Notes: generated by a model from the letters alone, not told the origin. Shown: positions 14,384 to 31,100, numbered from the stretch's first letter. The stretch: 64,000 nucleotides of DNA from the human T2T-CHM13v2.0 reference genome, Homo sapiens (GCF_009914755.1 NC_060938.1), one strand, 5' to 3'. Numbers and translations: made by a program.

Positions 14384-17300
14384 GGACATATATCTCAAAT
14401 GATCAACAAAGTGATGTAACTCTTGTCTAGGCTCTGCCTACAGGGGCTTTGTGACATATCTCTGCCCTTATCACCCACCTGATGGGACTTTGTGTAGGCT
14501 CTGCCTATGGGGACATTGTGACATATCTCTACACTGACCACCCAGGTGATGTAACTCTTGTGTTGGATCTACCTATCGGGGCATTGTGACATGTTTCTGC
14601 ACTGATCACCCAGGTGATGTAATGCTTGACTAGGCTCTGCCTACGGGGCATAGTGACATATCACTGCATTGATCACCGAGGTGATGTAACTCTTCTCCAG
14701 GCTCTGCCTATAGGGGGCCTTGTGACATATCTCTGCACTGATCATCTAGGTGATGTAACTCTTGCTTATGCTCTGCCTGCAGGGGCATTGTGAAATATCT
14801 CTGCACTGATCACCCAGGTGATGGGACTCTTCCCTAGGCTCTGCCTACTGTGGGCATTGTCACATATTTCTGCACTGATCACCCAGGTGACGGACTCTTG
14901 TCTTGGATATGCCTATTGGGACATTGTGACAGATCTCTGCACTGATCACTCAGGTGATGTAACTATTGTCTAGGCTCTGCTGAATGGGGCCTTATCATAT
15001 ATCTCTGCACTGATCTCCCAGGTGATGTAACTCTTGTCTAGGCTCTGCTTACATGGGGTATTGTGACATAGCTCTGCACTGATCACCTAAGTGATATAAC
15101 ACCTGTGTAGGCTCTGCCTACAGGGGCATTTTGATATATTTCTGCACTGTTAACCGAGGTGATGTAACTCTTGTCTAGGCTGTGCCCACAGGGGGATTGA
15201 GACATATCTCTGCACTGATCCCAAGGTGATCCAACTCTTGCCTGGTCTCTGCCTACTGGGGACATTGTGACTTATCTCTGCACTAATCTCCCAGGTGCTG
15301 TAACTTTAGTCTAGGCTCTGGATACACAGCATCGTGACATATCACTGCACTGATCACCCAGGAGATATAACACTTATCTAGGCTCTGCCTACAGGGGGCT
15401 ACTGACATATCTCTTCACTGATCACCCAGGTGATATAACTCTTCTCTAGGATCTGCCTACATGGTTCTTTGTGACATATTCCTGCAATGATCACCCAGGT
15501 GATATACCACTTTTCAAGGCTCTGCCTACAGGGGCATTGTGACATAACTCTGCACTGATCACCCAGGTGATGGGACTTTGTCTAGGCTCTGCCAACAGTG
15601 GCATTGTGACATATCTCTGCACTGATCACCCAGGTGATGCAACTGTTGTAGAAGTTCTGCCTACAGGGGAATTGTGAGAGATCTCACCACTGATCACCCA
15701 AGTGATGTATCTATTGTCTAGGCTTTGCCTACAGGAGGCTTTGTGACATACCTTCACACTGATCACCCAGGTGATGTAACGCATCTAAGTTCTGCCTACA
15801 GGAGCTTTGTGACTTATCTCTGCACTGATCACTTAGGTGATGTAACATTTTTATAAGCACTGCCTACAGGGAATTTTGACAAATCTCTGCACTGATCACC
15901 TAGGTGATGTAACTCTTGTCTACCCTCTGCTCAAAGGGGGCATTGTGAAATATCTCTGCACTGATCACCCACTGATTCAACTCTTGTCCAGGATCTGCCT
16001 ACAGGGGGCATTGTGAAATATCTCTGCACTGATCAACTAGGTGATGTAACTGTTTTCTAGGCTCTGCCTACAGGGACATTCTGACATATCTCTGCACTGA
16101 TCACCCAGGTGATGCAACTTTTCTCTATTCTCTGCCTACAGGGGACATTGTGACTTATCTCTGCACTGATCACCCAGGTGATGCAACTCTTCTCTATGCT
16201 GTGCCTACAGGGGGCATTGTGACATATCTCTGCACTGAACCCCGGGGTTATGTAACTCTTGTCTAGGCTCTGCCTATGGGGGCATTGTGACTTATCTCTG
16301 CACTGATCACCCAGGAGTTGTGACTCTTGTCTAAGCTCTGCCTAGAGGGACATTGGGACATATCTCTGCACTGATGTCTGAGGTGATGTAAAACTTGTCT
16401 AGGCTTTGCCTACAGTGGGATTTATGACATATCACTGCACTGATCACCGAGATGATGTAACTCTTGTATAGGCTGCGCCGACAGGGGGCACTGAGACATA
16501 TGCCTGCACTGATCACGAAGGTGATGCATCTCTTGTCTGGGATCTGCTTACAGGGGCACTGTGACATATCTCTGCCCTGATCACCCAGGTGATGTAACTC
16601 TTGTTTAATCTCTGCCTACTGGAGACATTGTGACATATCTCCGCACTAATCACCCAGGTGATGTCACTTTTATCAAGGATATGGCTACAGGGACACTGTG
16701 ACATGTCACTGCACTGATCACACAGCTGATGTAACTCTTGCCTAGGCTCTGGATACAGGGGGCTTGTGACACATGTCTGTACTGATCAACCAAGTGATGA
16801 AACTCTTCTCTAGGCTCTGCCTACGGGGGCTTTGTGACACATCTCTGCACTGATCACTCTGGGGAAGAAACTCTTGTCTACACTCTGCTTAGAGGAGGCT
16901 TTATGACTTATAACTGCACTGATAACCTAGGTGATGTAACACTTGTCTAGGCTCTGTCTACACGGGAATTCACACATATCTCTGCACTGATAACCCAGGT
17001 GATGTAACTCTGGTCTAGGTTCTGCTTACAGGGGTTATTGTGACATATCTCTGCACTGATCACCTAACTGGTGTAACACTTGTGTAGGCTCTGCCTACAG
17101 GGGCATTTTGACATATCCCTGCACTGTTAACCGAGGTGATGTAACTCTTGTCTAGGTTGTGCCCACAGGGGGATTGAGACATATCTCTGCACTGATCCCG
17201 AGGTGATCCAACTTTTGCCTGGTCTCTGCCTACTGGGGACATTGTGACATATCTCTGCACTGATCTCCCAGGTGAGGTATGTTTAGTCTAGACTCCGGCT

Positions 17301-20300
17301 ACACGGCATTGTGACATATCACTGCACTGATCACCCAGGTCATATAACTCTTGTATAGGCTCTGAAGACAGGGGGCTTGTGACATATCTATCTCTGCACT
17401 GATCACCCAGGTGATATGAGTCTTCTCAAGGATCTGCATACAGGGTTCTTTGTGACATATCCCTGCAATGATCACCCAGGTGATATAACAAACTTCAAGG
17501 CTCTGCCTACAGGGGCATTGCGACGTATCTCTACACTGATCACGTAGGTCATGAAACTCTTGTCTAGGTTCTGCCTACAGTGGCATTGTGACATATCTCT
17601 GCACTGATCACCCAGGTGATGTAACTCTTTTCTACGATCTGCCTACAGGTTGCTTTGTGACATATCGCTGCAATGATCACCAAGGTTATGTACCACTTGT
17701 CAAGGCTCTGCCTACAGGGACATTGCCATGTATCTCTGCACTGATCACCTAGGTCATGAAACTCTTGTCTAGGCTCTGCCTACAGTGGCATTGTGACATA
17801 TCTCTGCACTGATCATCCTAGTGATGTAAATCTTGTCTAGGATCTGCCTAAAGGGTGCTTTGTGACATAATTCTACACTGATCATCCAGGTGATGGTACC
17901 TTTGTCTAGGCTCTGCCTAAGGGGGCATTGTGACATATTTCTGCACTGATCACCCAGGTGACGGACTCTTGTCTTGGATCTGCCTATGGGGTCATTGTGA
18001 CATATCTCTGCACTGATCTCCCAGGTGATGTAACTGTTGTAGAAGTTCTTCCTACAGGTGAATCGTGAGAGATCTCGCCACTGATCACCCAAGAGATGTA
18101 ACTACTGTCTAGGCTTTGCCTGCAGGGGTCTTTGTGACATACCTTTGCACTGATCAGCCAGGTGATGTAACTCATCTAAGTTCTGCCTACAGGAGCTTTG
18201 TGACATATCTCAGCACTGATCACATAGGTGATGTAACACTTTTATAAGCACTGTCTACAGGGAATTTTGACAAATCTCTGTACTGATCACCTAGGTGATG
18301 TAACTCTTGTCTACCCTCTGCCCAAAGGGGGCATTGTGAAATATCTCTGCACTGATCAATCAGGTGATTCAACTCTTGTCTAGGTTCTGCCTACAGGGGG
18401 TATGTTGAAATATCTCTGCACTGGTCAACTAGGTGATGTAACTCTTGTCTAGGCTCTGCCTACAGGGGCGTTTTCACATATCCCTGAACTGAAGACAAAG
18501 GTGATGTAACTCTTGCCTAGGCTTTGCCTACAGGGGACATTGTGACATACCTCTGCACTGATCACCCAGGTGATGCATCTCTTCTCTGTGCTCTGCCTAC
18601 AGGGGACATTGTGACATATCTCTTAACTGATCACCCAGGTGATGCAACTCTTCTCTATGCTCTGCATACAGAGGGCATTGTGACATATCTGTGCACTGAT
18701 CACGTAGGTGATGTAACACTTTTCTAGTCTCTGCCTACAGAGGGCGTTGTGACATCACTCTGCACGGATCACCCGGGTTACGTAACTCTTGTCTAGGCTC
18801 TGCCTATGGGGGCATTGTGACTTATCTCTGCAGTGATCACCCAGGACATGTTACTCTTGTCTAAGCTCTGCCTAGAGGGACATTGGGACATGTCTCTGCA
18901 CTGATCGCTGAGGTGATGTAAAACTTGTCTAGGCTTTGCCTAAAGTGGGATTTATGACATATCTCTGCACAGATCACCCAGGTGATGTAACTCTTTTCTG
19001 GGCTCTGCCTACAGGGGCATTTTCACATATCACTGGACTGATCACCGGGATGATGTAAATCTTGTATAGGCTTTGCTGACAGGGGGCATTGAGACATATC
19101 TCTGCACTGATCCCAAGGTGATCCAACTATTGCCTGGTCTCTCCCTACAGGGGACATTGTGACATATCTCTGCCCTGATCTCCCAGGTGATGTAACGCTT
19201 GTCTAAGCTCTGCCTACTGGAGACATTGTGACATATCTCCACAGTGATCACCCAGGTGATGTCACTTTTCTCAAGGATAAGGCTACAGGGACATTGTGAC
19301 ATGTCACTGCACTGATCACACAGCTGATGTAACTCTTGCCTAGGCTCTGGCTACAGGGTGCTTGTGACACATCTCTACACTGATCACCCAGGTGATGTAA
19401 CCCTTGTCTAGGCTCTGCCAAAAGGGGCCATTGTGACATAACTCTGCACTGATCATCCAGGTGATGGGACCCTTGTCTAGGCTCTGCCTACAGAGGCATT
19501 GTGACTTATCTCTGCAGTGATCAGGCAGGTGATGTAACTCTTGTCTATATCTGCCTACTGGCGGCATTGTGGCATACTTCTGCACTGATCACCCAGGTGA
19601 TGGACTCTTGTCTTCGATCTGCCTATGTGGGCATAGTGATATATCTCTGCACTGATCACTCAAGTGATGTAACGCTTGTCTAAGCTGCGCCTAAAGGGGA
19701 ATTGTGACAGATATCTCCACTGATCACCCAGGTGATGTAACTCTTGTCTAGGCTCTGCTTACAGGGGGTATTTTGATATATCTCTGCTTTGGTCCCCTAA
19801 GTGATGTAACAATTGTGTAGGCTCTGCCTACGGGGCATTTTGACTTATCTCTGCACTGTTAACCGAGGTGATGTAACTGTTGTCTAGGCTGTGCCCACAG
19901 GGGTATTGGGACATATATCTGCACTGAATCCTAGGTAATCCAACTCTTGCCTGGTCTCTGCCTACTTGGGACATTGTGACATATCTCTGCACTGATCTCC
20001 CAGGTGCTGCAACTTTAGTCTAGGCTCTGGCTACACGGCATTGTGACATATCTCTGCACTTATCACCCAGGTGATATAACTCTTCTCTAGGCTCTGCTTA
20101 CAGTGGCATTGTGACATATCTCTGCACTGATCACCCAGGTTTGTAACTCTTTTCTAGGATCTGACTACAGGGTGCTTTGTGACATATCCCTGCAATGATC
20201 ACCCAGGCAATGTACCACTTGTCAAGGCTCTGCCTACAGGGACATTGCGATGTATCACTGCACTGATCACCTAGGTCATGTAACTTTTGTCTAGGCTCTG

Positions 20301-22420
20301 CCTACGGTGGCATTGTGACATATCTCTGCACTGATCATCCCAGTGATGTAACCCTTGTCTAGGATCTGCCTAAAGGGACTTTGTGACATAACTCTACACT
20401 GATCATCAAGGTGATGGGGCTTTTATCCAGGCTCTGCCTAAGGGGGCATTGTGACATATTTCTGCACTGATCACCCAGGAGATTTGACTCTTGTCTAAGC
20501 TCTGCCTAGAGGGACATTGGGACACATCTCTACACTGATCGCTGAGATGATGTAAAACTTTTCTAGGCTTTGCCTACAGTGGGATTTATGACGTATGTCT
20601 GCACTCATTACCCAGGTGATGTAACTCTTGTCTAGGCTCTGCTTACAGGGGGTATTGTGAGATATCTCTGCACTGATCACCCAGATGATGTAACTCTTGT
20701 CTAGGCCCTGCCTACAGGAGCATTTTAACAAATCACTGCACTGATCACCGAGAAGATGTAACTCTTGTATAGGCTTCGCTGAAAGGTGGCATTGAGACAT
20801 ATCTCTGCACTGATCACGAGGTGATGCAAGACTTGTCTGGATCTCGTTACACGGGGCATTGTGACATGTCTCTGCCCTGATCACCCAGGTGATGTAACTC
20901 TTGTCTAGGCTCGGCCTACAGGGGCTTTGTGACATATTTCTGCACTGATCACCCAGGTGATGTAACTCTTGTTTTGGCTCTGTCTACAGAGTCTTTGTGA
21001 CATATCTCTGCACTGATCCCCCAGGTGATGTAACATTTATCTAGCCTCTGCCTACAGGGGCGTTTTGAGATAGCTCTGCACAGATCACCTAGGTTTTGTA
21101 ACTCTTGTCCACTCTCTGCCTACAGGGGGCATTGTGAAATATTTCTGCACTGATCACCCAGGTGATGGGACTCTTCTCTATACTCTGCCTAGAGGGGGAT
21201 TTCTGACATATCTCTGCTCTGATCTCCCAGGTGATGGAAGTCTTGTCTAGGCTCTGTATATGGGGGCATTATGTCAAATATCTGCACTGATCACCAGGTG
21301 ATGTAACTCTTGTCTAGGCTCTGTCTACAGGGATTTTTGTGACATATCACTGCACTTTTCACCAAGGTGATGTAAGCCTTGTATGGGATTTGCGTATAGA
21401 AAACTTTCTGACATATCTATGCACTGATCTCTGAGGTGATGCAACTCTTCTCTAGGCACGGCCTACAGGGGACGTTGGTGTATCTCTCTGCACTGAACAC
21501 CCAGGTGATGGGCTCTTGTCTTAGATCTGACTACATGGTCATTGTGACACACCTCTGAACTGATCAACCAAGTGATGAAACTCTTCTAGGCTCTGCCTAC
21601 AGGAGCTTTGTGACACATATCTGCACTGATCACACTGTTGAGGGAACTCTTGTCTACACTCTGCCTACAGGAGGCTTTATGACTTATACCTGCACTGATA
21701 ACCGAGGTGATGTAACACTTGTCTAGATTCTGCCTACACGGGAATTCTTACATATCTCCGCACTGATCACCCGGGTGATGGAACTCCTGTCTACGTTCAG
21801 CCTACAGGAGGGTTTTGACATATCTCTGCACTGATCACCCAGGTGATGTAACCCTTGTATAAGCTCTGCCTGCAGGCGCATTGTGACAGACCTCTCCACT
21901 GCTCAACCAGGTGATATAACACGTTTCTGGGCTTTGCCTACAGGGGGCTTTGTGATATACATTTCCACTGATCAAACAGGTGATGTAAAGCTTGTCAAGG
22001 TTCTGCTTACAGGGGTTTTGTGACATATCTCTGCACTGATCACCACAGGGAGGAAACACTTCTCTACACTCTGCCTACAGGAGGCTTTACGACTTACCCC
22101 TCCACTGATCACTAGGTGATGTAACACTTGTCTAGGCTCTGTCTTTACCGGAATTTTCACATATCTCTACACTGATCACCTAAGTGATGTAACCCTTGTC
22201 TAGGTTCAGCCTACTGGAGATTTCTGACATACCTATGCACTGATCACCGAGGTGATGTAAATCATTTCCATGCTTTTTGTACAGGGGACATTGTGAAATA
22301 TCTCTGCACTGATCACCCAAATGATGCAAATCTTCTCTAGACTCCACAGGGAGGGGGAATTGTGACATATTTCTGAAATGATCATCCAGGAGATGTAAGT
22401 ATTCTCCAGGCTTTGACTAA
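14384..22420 (+). repeat. Beta-satellite array (~8.0 kb)
   Basis: Continuous 68-bp monomers. Confidence 0.97.
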
Positions 22421-23079
22421 AGAGCGTCAGAAGGTGTTGGGAGAGTCTCAGCCAGAATCTCACAGACGGACAAGGGCAGAGAGAGGCCAGCAGGATCCCT
22501 TGCATGTCAGCCGCTAGAGGTCTGCGTTCTGCCGCCAGGCGCTCCATTGTGGCAGCTGGGAAGCTGCAGGGACACGGGCGGGCCGGCGATGGTGGCGCGG
22601 AGGCACAGAGGAGGCGAGCTGCCAGAGGGGTGTCAGGGCTGGATGCTGCGCGGGCCCGGTGTTTCGCGGGACGGGGGTCTCCACCCAGCCCAGGGGAGGA
22701 CGCATTTACCGGAGATGGGGGTTGGGGGTGGGGACGGGGTGGTCAGGCGTGGGTGGGGTGGTAGAAAGGCATGAGAGCTTTGCCCGGTTTTCTCCCACAG
22801 CCCAGGCGGCTGCCGGCAAACCCGTGTGTGCCCAGTAGGTGGCCCACCTGCTGGTATCTGGGCCGGCTCTGGGATCCCCGGGATGCCCAGGAAAGAATGG
22901 CAGTTCTGCGCTGTGTGGAGTCTCTCACCGGGCCTAGACGTAGAAGGCAGGAATCCCATGCCTGTCAGCCCGGTGGACGGGGTGGGGGGAAGACATGCCC
23001 ATCCATAGCCAGCCAAGTATTCCCCGCGAAAGAGAGGCCACCGCCCTCCCCCGACCCTACCCCGTCCCACCCTTGCGTC

Positions 23080-24478
<1,399 letters not shown>

Positions 24479-24552
24479 TTATAAAGGCCTGCAGGCAGGC
24501 AGGCTCCACCCCTTCATGAATGGCGGTGAGCCCTAGGACAGCCCGCCCCACC
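24479..24552 (-). promoter_or_regulatory. DUX promoter: TATAA (24479-24483), DBE-like 27-mer (24497-24523), intact GC box
   Basis: Same motif order and spacing as in the other units. Confidence 0.7.
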
Positions 24553-25138
24553 CCGGAAGTGTCCCAGGGCATCGAGGCCTGCGGTTGGGGGTTGGTGGGT
24601 TGGGGGGGGACGGCGTGGTGATGGTGGTTGTGTGGCCGGAGAGACGAAGAGGAAGGGGGCGAGGGGGAAGGGGTGAGGGGCGCGCGTTTCGGTGACTGGC
24701 TCCCCGGACCTCTCCAGGAATCCCGCGGGAACTGGAAGCCGCTCTCTGGGTTCCCACTCATCTTCAGCAGGGAGAAACCGGCCTGGGAGTGTGGAGGTGA
24801 GTGTGGAACTGAACCTCCATGTGAGTCTTGAGAGTTCCAGGACCTCTCTGCGTGAAGGAGGCAGTGCCTGTGAATGTCGCCACTGCTGGGACAGTCTCAC
24901 ACGCATAGGGGTGTGGCTCTCGTTCATTTCCACGTAGGAGACCAGAGCGAGACCCCAGAGAGAAGATGCCTCCCCGGCGTGATGGTCTGACAATGGATTC
25001 CCGTGTGCGGCAAAATGGGGAGTCTGCAGTGTGGCCGGTTTGGAAACTGGCAAGGAGAGCGAAGGCACCATGGGTGTCTTCACCCCTTTCCTGCATGTTT
25101 CCGGGTGCCCTCAGAGCTCCAGGAGCAAACAGCCAGCA

Positions 25139-28100
25139 TGACACATCTCTGAACTGATCAACAAAGTGATGGAACACTTGTCTAGGCTCTGCCTACAGGG
25201 GCTTTGTGACATATCTCTGCACTGATCACCCAGGTGATGGGACTTTTGTCTAAGCTCTGCCTATGGGACATTGCGACATATCTCTACACTGATCACCCAG
25301 GTGATGTAACTCTTGTCTAGGCTCCACCTTCAGGGGTTTTGTGACGTATCTTTGCACTGATCACCCAGGTGACGTAACATTTATCTCAGCTCCGCCTACA
25401 GGGGGTTTTGACATAGCTCTGCACAGATCACCTAGTTTATGTAACCCTTGTCCAGTCTCTTCCTACAGGGGGCATTGTGAAATATCTCTGCACTGATCAC
25501 CCAGGTGATGGGACTCTTCTATATACTCTGCCTAGAAGGGGATTTGTGACATATCTCTGCACTGGTTACCCAGGTGATGGAAGTCTTGTCTAGGCTCTGT
25601 CTTTGGGGGCATTGTGTCAAATTTCTGAACTGATCACCCAGGTGATGGAATCTTGTCTTTGATCTGACTACATGGAGATGGTGACACATCTCTGAACTGA
25701 TCAACCAAGTGACGAAACTCTTGTCTAGGCTCTGCCTATAGGGGCTCTGTGACACATCTCTGCACTGATCACCCAGGTGACGCAACTCTTCTCTATGTTC
25801 TGCCTACAGGGGTCATTGTGATATATCCCTACACTGATTACCCAGGTGATGTAACTCTTTTCTAGGTTCTGCCTACAGAGGGCTTTGTGACAACCCTCTG
25901 CACGGATCACCTGGGTTATGTAACTCTTGTCTAGGCTCTTCCTATGGGGGCAGTGTGACTTATCTCTGCACTGATTACCCAGGAGATGTGACTCTTGTCT
26001 AAGCTCTGCCTAGAGGCACATTGGGACATATCTCTGCACTGATCGCTGAGGTGATGTAAAAATTGTCTAGGCTTTGCCTATAGTGGGATTTATGACATAT
26101 CTCTGCACTGATCACCCAGGTGATGTAACTCTTGTCAAGGCTCTGCTTACAGGGGATATTGTGAGATATCTCTGCAATGATCACCCAGGTGAAGTAACTC
26201 TTGTCTAGGCTCTGCTTACAGGGGATATTGTGAGATGTCACAGCACTGGTCACCCAGGTGATGTAACTCTTGTCTAGGCTCTGCCTACAGGGGCGTTTTA
26301 ACATATCACTGCACTGATCATGGAGATGATGTAACTCTTGTATAGGCTTTGCCGACTGGGGGCAATGAGACATATCTCGGCACTGATCACCGAGGTGATG
26401 CAACTCTTGTCTGGGATCTGCTTACAGGGGGCATTGTGACATATATCTGCCCTGATCACCCAGGTGATGTAACCCTTCTCTACGCTCTTCCTACTAGAGA
26501 CACTGTGACATATCTCCGCACTGATCACCCAGGTGATGTAACTTTTGTCAAGGATATGGCTACAGGGACATTGTGACATGTCACTGCACTGATCACACAG
26601 CTGATGTAACTCTTCTCCAGGCTCTGGCTACAGGGGGCTTGTGACACACCTCTGCAATGATCACCCAGGTGATGTCACCCTTGTCTAGGCTCTGCCAAAA
26701 GGGGGCATTATGACATAATTCTGCACTGATCACCCAGGTGATGGGACTCGTCTCTAGGCTCTGCCTACAGGGGCATTGTGACATATCTCTGCAGTGATCA
26801 CGCAGGTGATGTAACTCTTGTCTATATCTGCCTACTGGCGGCATTGTGGCATATTTCTGCACTGATCAACCAGGTGATGGACTCTTGTCTTGGATGTGCT
26901 TATGGGGGCATAGTGACATATCTCTGCACTGATCACTCATGTGATGTAACGCTTGTCTAAGCTGTGCCTAAAGGGGAATTCTGACAGATATCTCCACTGA
27001 TGACCCAGGTGATGTATCAATTTTCTGGGATCTGTCTAGAGGGGACTTTGTGACATATCTTTGCACTGGTCACCCAGGAGATGTAACTCTTGTCTAGGCT
27101 CGGCCTACAGGGGCTTTGTGACATATTTCTGTACTGATCACCCAGGTGATGTAACACTTGTCTTGGCTCCACTTACTGGGGGTATTGTGATATAACCCTT
27201 CTCTAGGATCTGCCTGCAGAGTTCTTTGTGACATATCCCTGCAATGATCACCCAGGTGATATACCACTTGTCATGGCTCTGCCTACAGGGGCATTGCGAT
27301 ATATCTCTGCCCTGATCACCGAGGTCATGTAACTCTTGTCTACGCTCTGCCTACAGTGGCATTGTGACATATCTCTACACTGATCATCCAGGTGATGTAA
27401 CTCTTCTCTAGGATCTGCCTACAGGGTGCTTTGTGACACATCCCTGCAATGATCACCCAGGGGATGTACCACTCGTCAAGGCTCTGCCTACAGCGACATT
27501 GCGATGTGTCTCTGCACTGATCACCTAGGTCATGTAAATCTTGTCTAGGCTCTTCCTACTGTGGCATTGTGACATATCTCTGCAATGATCATCCAAGTGA
27601 TGTAACTGTTGTCTAGTTTCTGCCTAAAGGGTCTTTGTGACATATCTCTGCACTGATCGTCCAGGTGATGGGGCTTTTGTCTAGGCTCTGCCTAAGGGGG
27701 CATTATGACATATTTCTGCACTGATAACCAGGTGACGGACTCTTGTCTTGGATCTGCCGATGGGGGCATTGTGACATATCTCTGCACTGATCACCCAGGT
27801 AATGTAACTGTTGTAGAAGTTCTGCCTACAGTGGAATTGTGAGAGATCTCGCCACTGATCACCCAAGTGATGTAACTATTGTCTAGGCTTTGCCTACAGG
27901 GGGCTTTGTGACATACTTTTGCACTGATCACCCAGGTGACGTAACTCATCTAAGTTCTGCCTACAGGAGCTTTGTGACATATCTCTGCACTGATCGCTTA
28001 GGTGATGTAACACTTTTTTAAGCATTGCCAACAGGGAATTTTGACAAATGTCTGCACTGATCACCTAGGTGATGTAACTCTTGTCTACCCTCTGCCCAAA

Positions 28101-31100
28101 GGGAGCATTGTGAAATATCTCTGCACTGATCACCCAGGAGATTCAACCCTTGTCTAGGATCTGCCTACAGGGGGTATTGTGAAATATCTCTGCACTGATC
28201 AACTAGGTGATGTAACTCTTGTCGACTCTCTGCTTACAGGGGCGTTTTCACATATCCCTGAACTGATGACAAAGGTGATGTAAGTTTTGCCTAGGCTTTG
28301 CCTACAGGGAACATAGTGACATATCTCTGCACTTATCACCCAGGTGATGCAACTCTTCTCTATGCTCTGCCTACAGGAGATATTGTGACATGTCTCTCCA
28401 CTGATCACCCAGGTGATGCAACTCTTCTCTATACTCTGCCTACTGGAGACATTGTGACATATCTCTGCACTGATCACTCAGGTGATGTAACAATTTTCTA
28501 GTCTCTGCCTACAGAGGGCGTTGGGACATTATTCTGCACGGATCATCCGGATTATATAACTCTTGTTTAGGCTCTGCCAATGGGGGCATTGTGACTTATC
28601 TCTGCCCTGATCACACAGGAGATGTGACTCTTTTCTAAGCTTTGCCTAGAGGAACATTGGGACATATCCCTGCACTGATCGCTGAGGTGATGTAAAAGTT
28701 GTCTAGGCTTTGCCTACAGTGGGATTTATGACATATCTCTGCACTGATCACCCAGGTGATGTAACTCTTGTATAGGCTCTGCTTACAGGGGGTATTGTGA
28801 GATATCTCTGCACTGATCACCCAGGTGATGTAACTCTTGTCTAGGCTCTGCCTACAGGGGCATTGTGACATATCTCTGCAGTGATCACGCCCGTGATGTA
28901 ACTCTTGTCTATATCTGCCTACTGGCGGCATTGTGGCATATTTCTGCACTGATCACCCAGGTGATGGACTCTTGTCTTGGATCTGACTATGGGGGTATAG
29001 TGAAATATCTCTGCACTGATTACTCATGTGATGTAACGCTTGTCTAAGCTGCGCCTAAAGGGGTTAATTGTGACAGATATCGCCACTGATCACCCAGGTG
29101 ATGTAAGAATTTTCTGGGATGTGTCTATATTGGGCTTTGTGACATATCTTTGCACTGATCACCCAGGAGATGTAACTCTTTTCTAGGCTCCGCCTACAGG
29201 GGCTTTGTGACATATTTCTGCACTGATCACCCAGGTGATGTAGCTTGTTCAGGCTCTGCCTACAGGGGCTTTGTGACATATCTCTGCACTGATCACCCAG
29301 GTGATATAACTCTTGTCTAGGCTCCACCTACAGGGCGTATTGTGATGTATCTCTGCGCTGATCACCCAGGTGATGTAACATTTATCTAGGCCCTGCCTAC
29401 AGGGGCATTTTGACATAGCTCTGCACAGATCAACTAGGTTATGTAACTCTTGTCCACTCTCTGCCTACAGGGGGCATTGTGAATTATCTCTGCACTGATC
29501 ATCCAGGTGATGGGACTCTTCTCTATACTCTGCCTAGAGGGGGAGTTGTGACATATCTCTGCACTGATCACCCAGGAGATGGAAGTCTTGTCTAGGCTCT
29601 GTCTATTGGGTCATTGTATCAAATATCTACACTGATCACCCAGGTGATGTAACTCTTGTGTTGGATCTGCCTATGGGGGCATTGTGACATATTTCTGCAC
29701 TGATCAGCCAGGTGATGGGGCCCTTGTCTAGGCTCTGTTTACGGGGGCTTTGTGACATATCTCTGCACTGATCACCCAGGTGATGTAACGATTGACTAGG
29801 CTCTACCTATGGTGCATAGTGACATATCATTGTATTGATCGCCGAGGTGATGTAACTCTTATCCAGGCTCTGCCTATATGGGGCCTTGTGACATATATCT
29901 GCACTGATCTTCTAGGTGATGTAACTCTTGCTTATTCTCTGCCTGCAGGGGCATTGTGGAATATCTCTGCACTGATCACCCAGGTGATGGGACTCTTCTC
30001 TATACTCTGCCTAGAGGGGGATTTGTGACATATCTCTGTACTGATCAACCAGGTGATTGAAGTCTTGTCTAGGCTCTGTGTATGTGGGCATTGGGTCATA
30101 TATCTGCACTGATCACCCAGGTGATGTAACTCTTTTCTACGCTCTGTCTAGAGTGATTTTTGTGACATATCACTGCACTCATCACCTAGGTGATGTAAGC
30201 CTCGTATGGGCTTTGCCTACAGAAGGCTTTGTGACATATCTATGCACTGATCTCTGAGGTGATGCAACTCATGTCTAGGCACTGCCTACAGGGGACATTG
30301 GTACATATCTCTGCACTGATCACCCAGGTGATGGACTCTTGTCTTAGATCTGCCTACAAGGACATGGTGACACGTCTGTGAACTGATCAACCAAGTGATG
30401 AAACTCTTGTCTAGGCTCTGCCTACGGTGGCTTTGTGACACATCTCTGTACTGATCACCCTGGAGAGGAAACTCTTGTCTACGCTCTGCCTACAGGAGGT
30501 TTTATGACTTATACCTGCACTGATAACCTAGGGGATGTAACACTTGTCTAGGCTCTGTCTACACGGGAATTCTCACATATCTCTGCACTGATCACCCAGG
30601 TGATGTAACTCTGGTCTAGGTTCTGCTTACCGGGGATATTGTCACATATCTCTGCACTGATCACCTTAGTGATGTAACTCTTGTGTAGGCTCTGCCTACA
30701 GGGGAATTTTGACATATCCCTGCACTGTTTAACCGAAGTGATGTAACTCTTGTCTAGGCTGTGCCCACAGGGGCATTGAGACAAATCTCTGAATTGATCC
30801 CTAGGTGATCCAACTCTTGCCTGGTCTCTGCCTACTGGGGACAATGTGACATATCTCTGCACTGATCTACCAGGTGCTGTAACTTTAGTATAGGCTACAG
30901 CTACATAGCATTGAGTCATAACACTGCACTGATCACCCAGGTGATGTAACTCATGTCTAGGCTCTGCCTACAGGTGGCTTGTGACATATCTCTGCACTAA
31001 TCACCCAGGTGATATAACTCTTCTCTAGGATCTGCCTACAGGGTGCTTTGTGACATATCCCTGCAATGATCACTCAGGTGATATACCACTTCTCAAGGCT

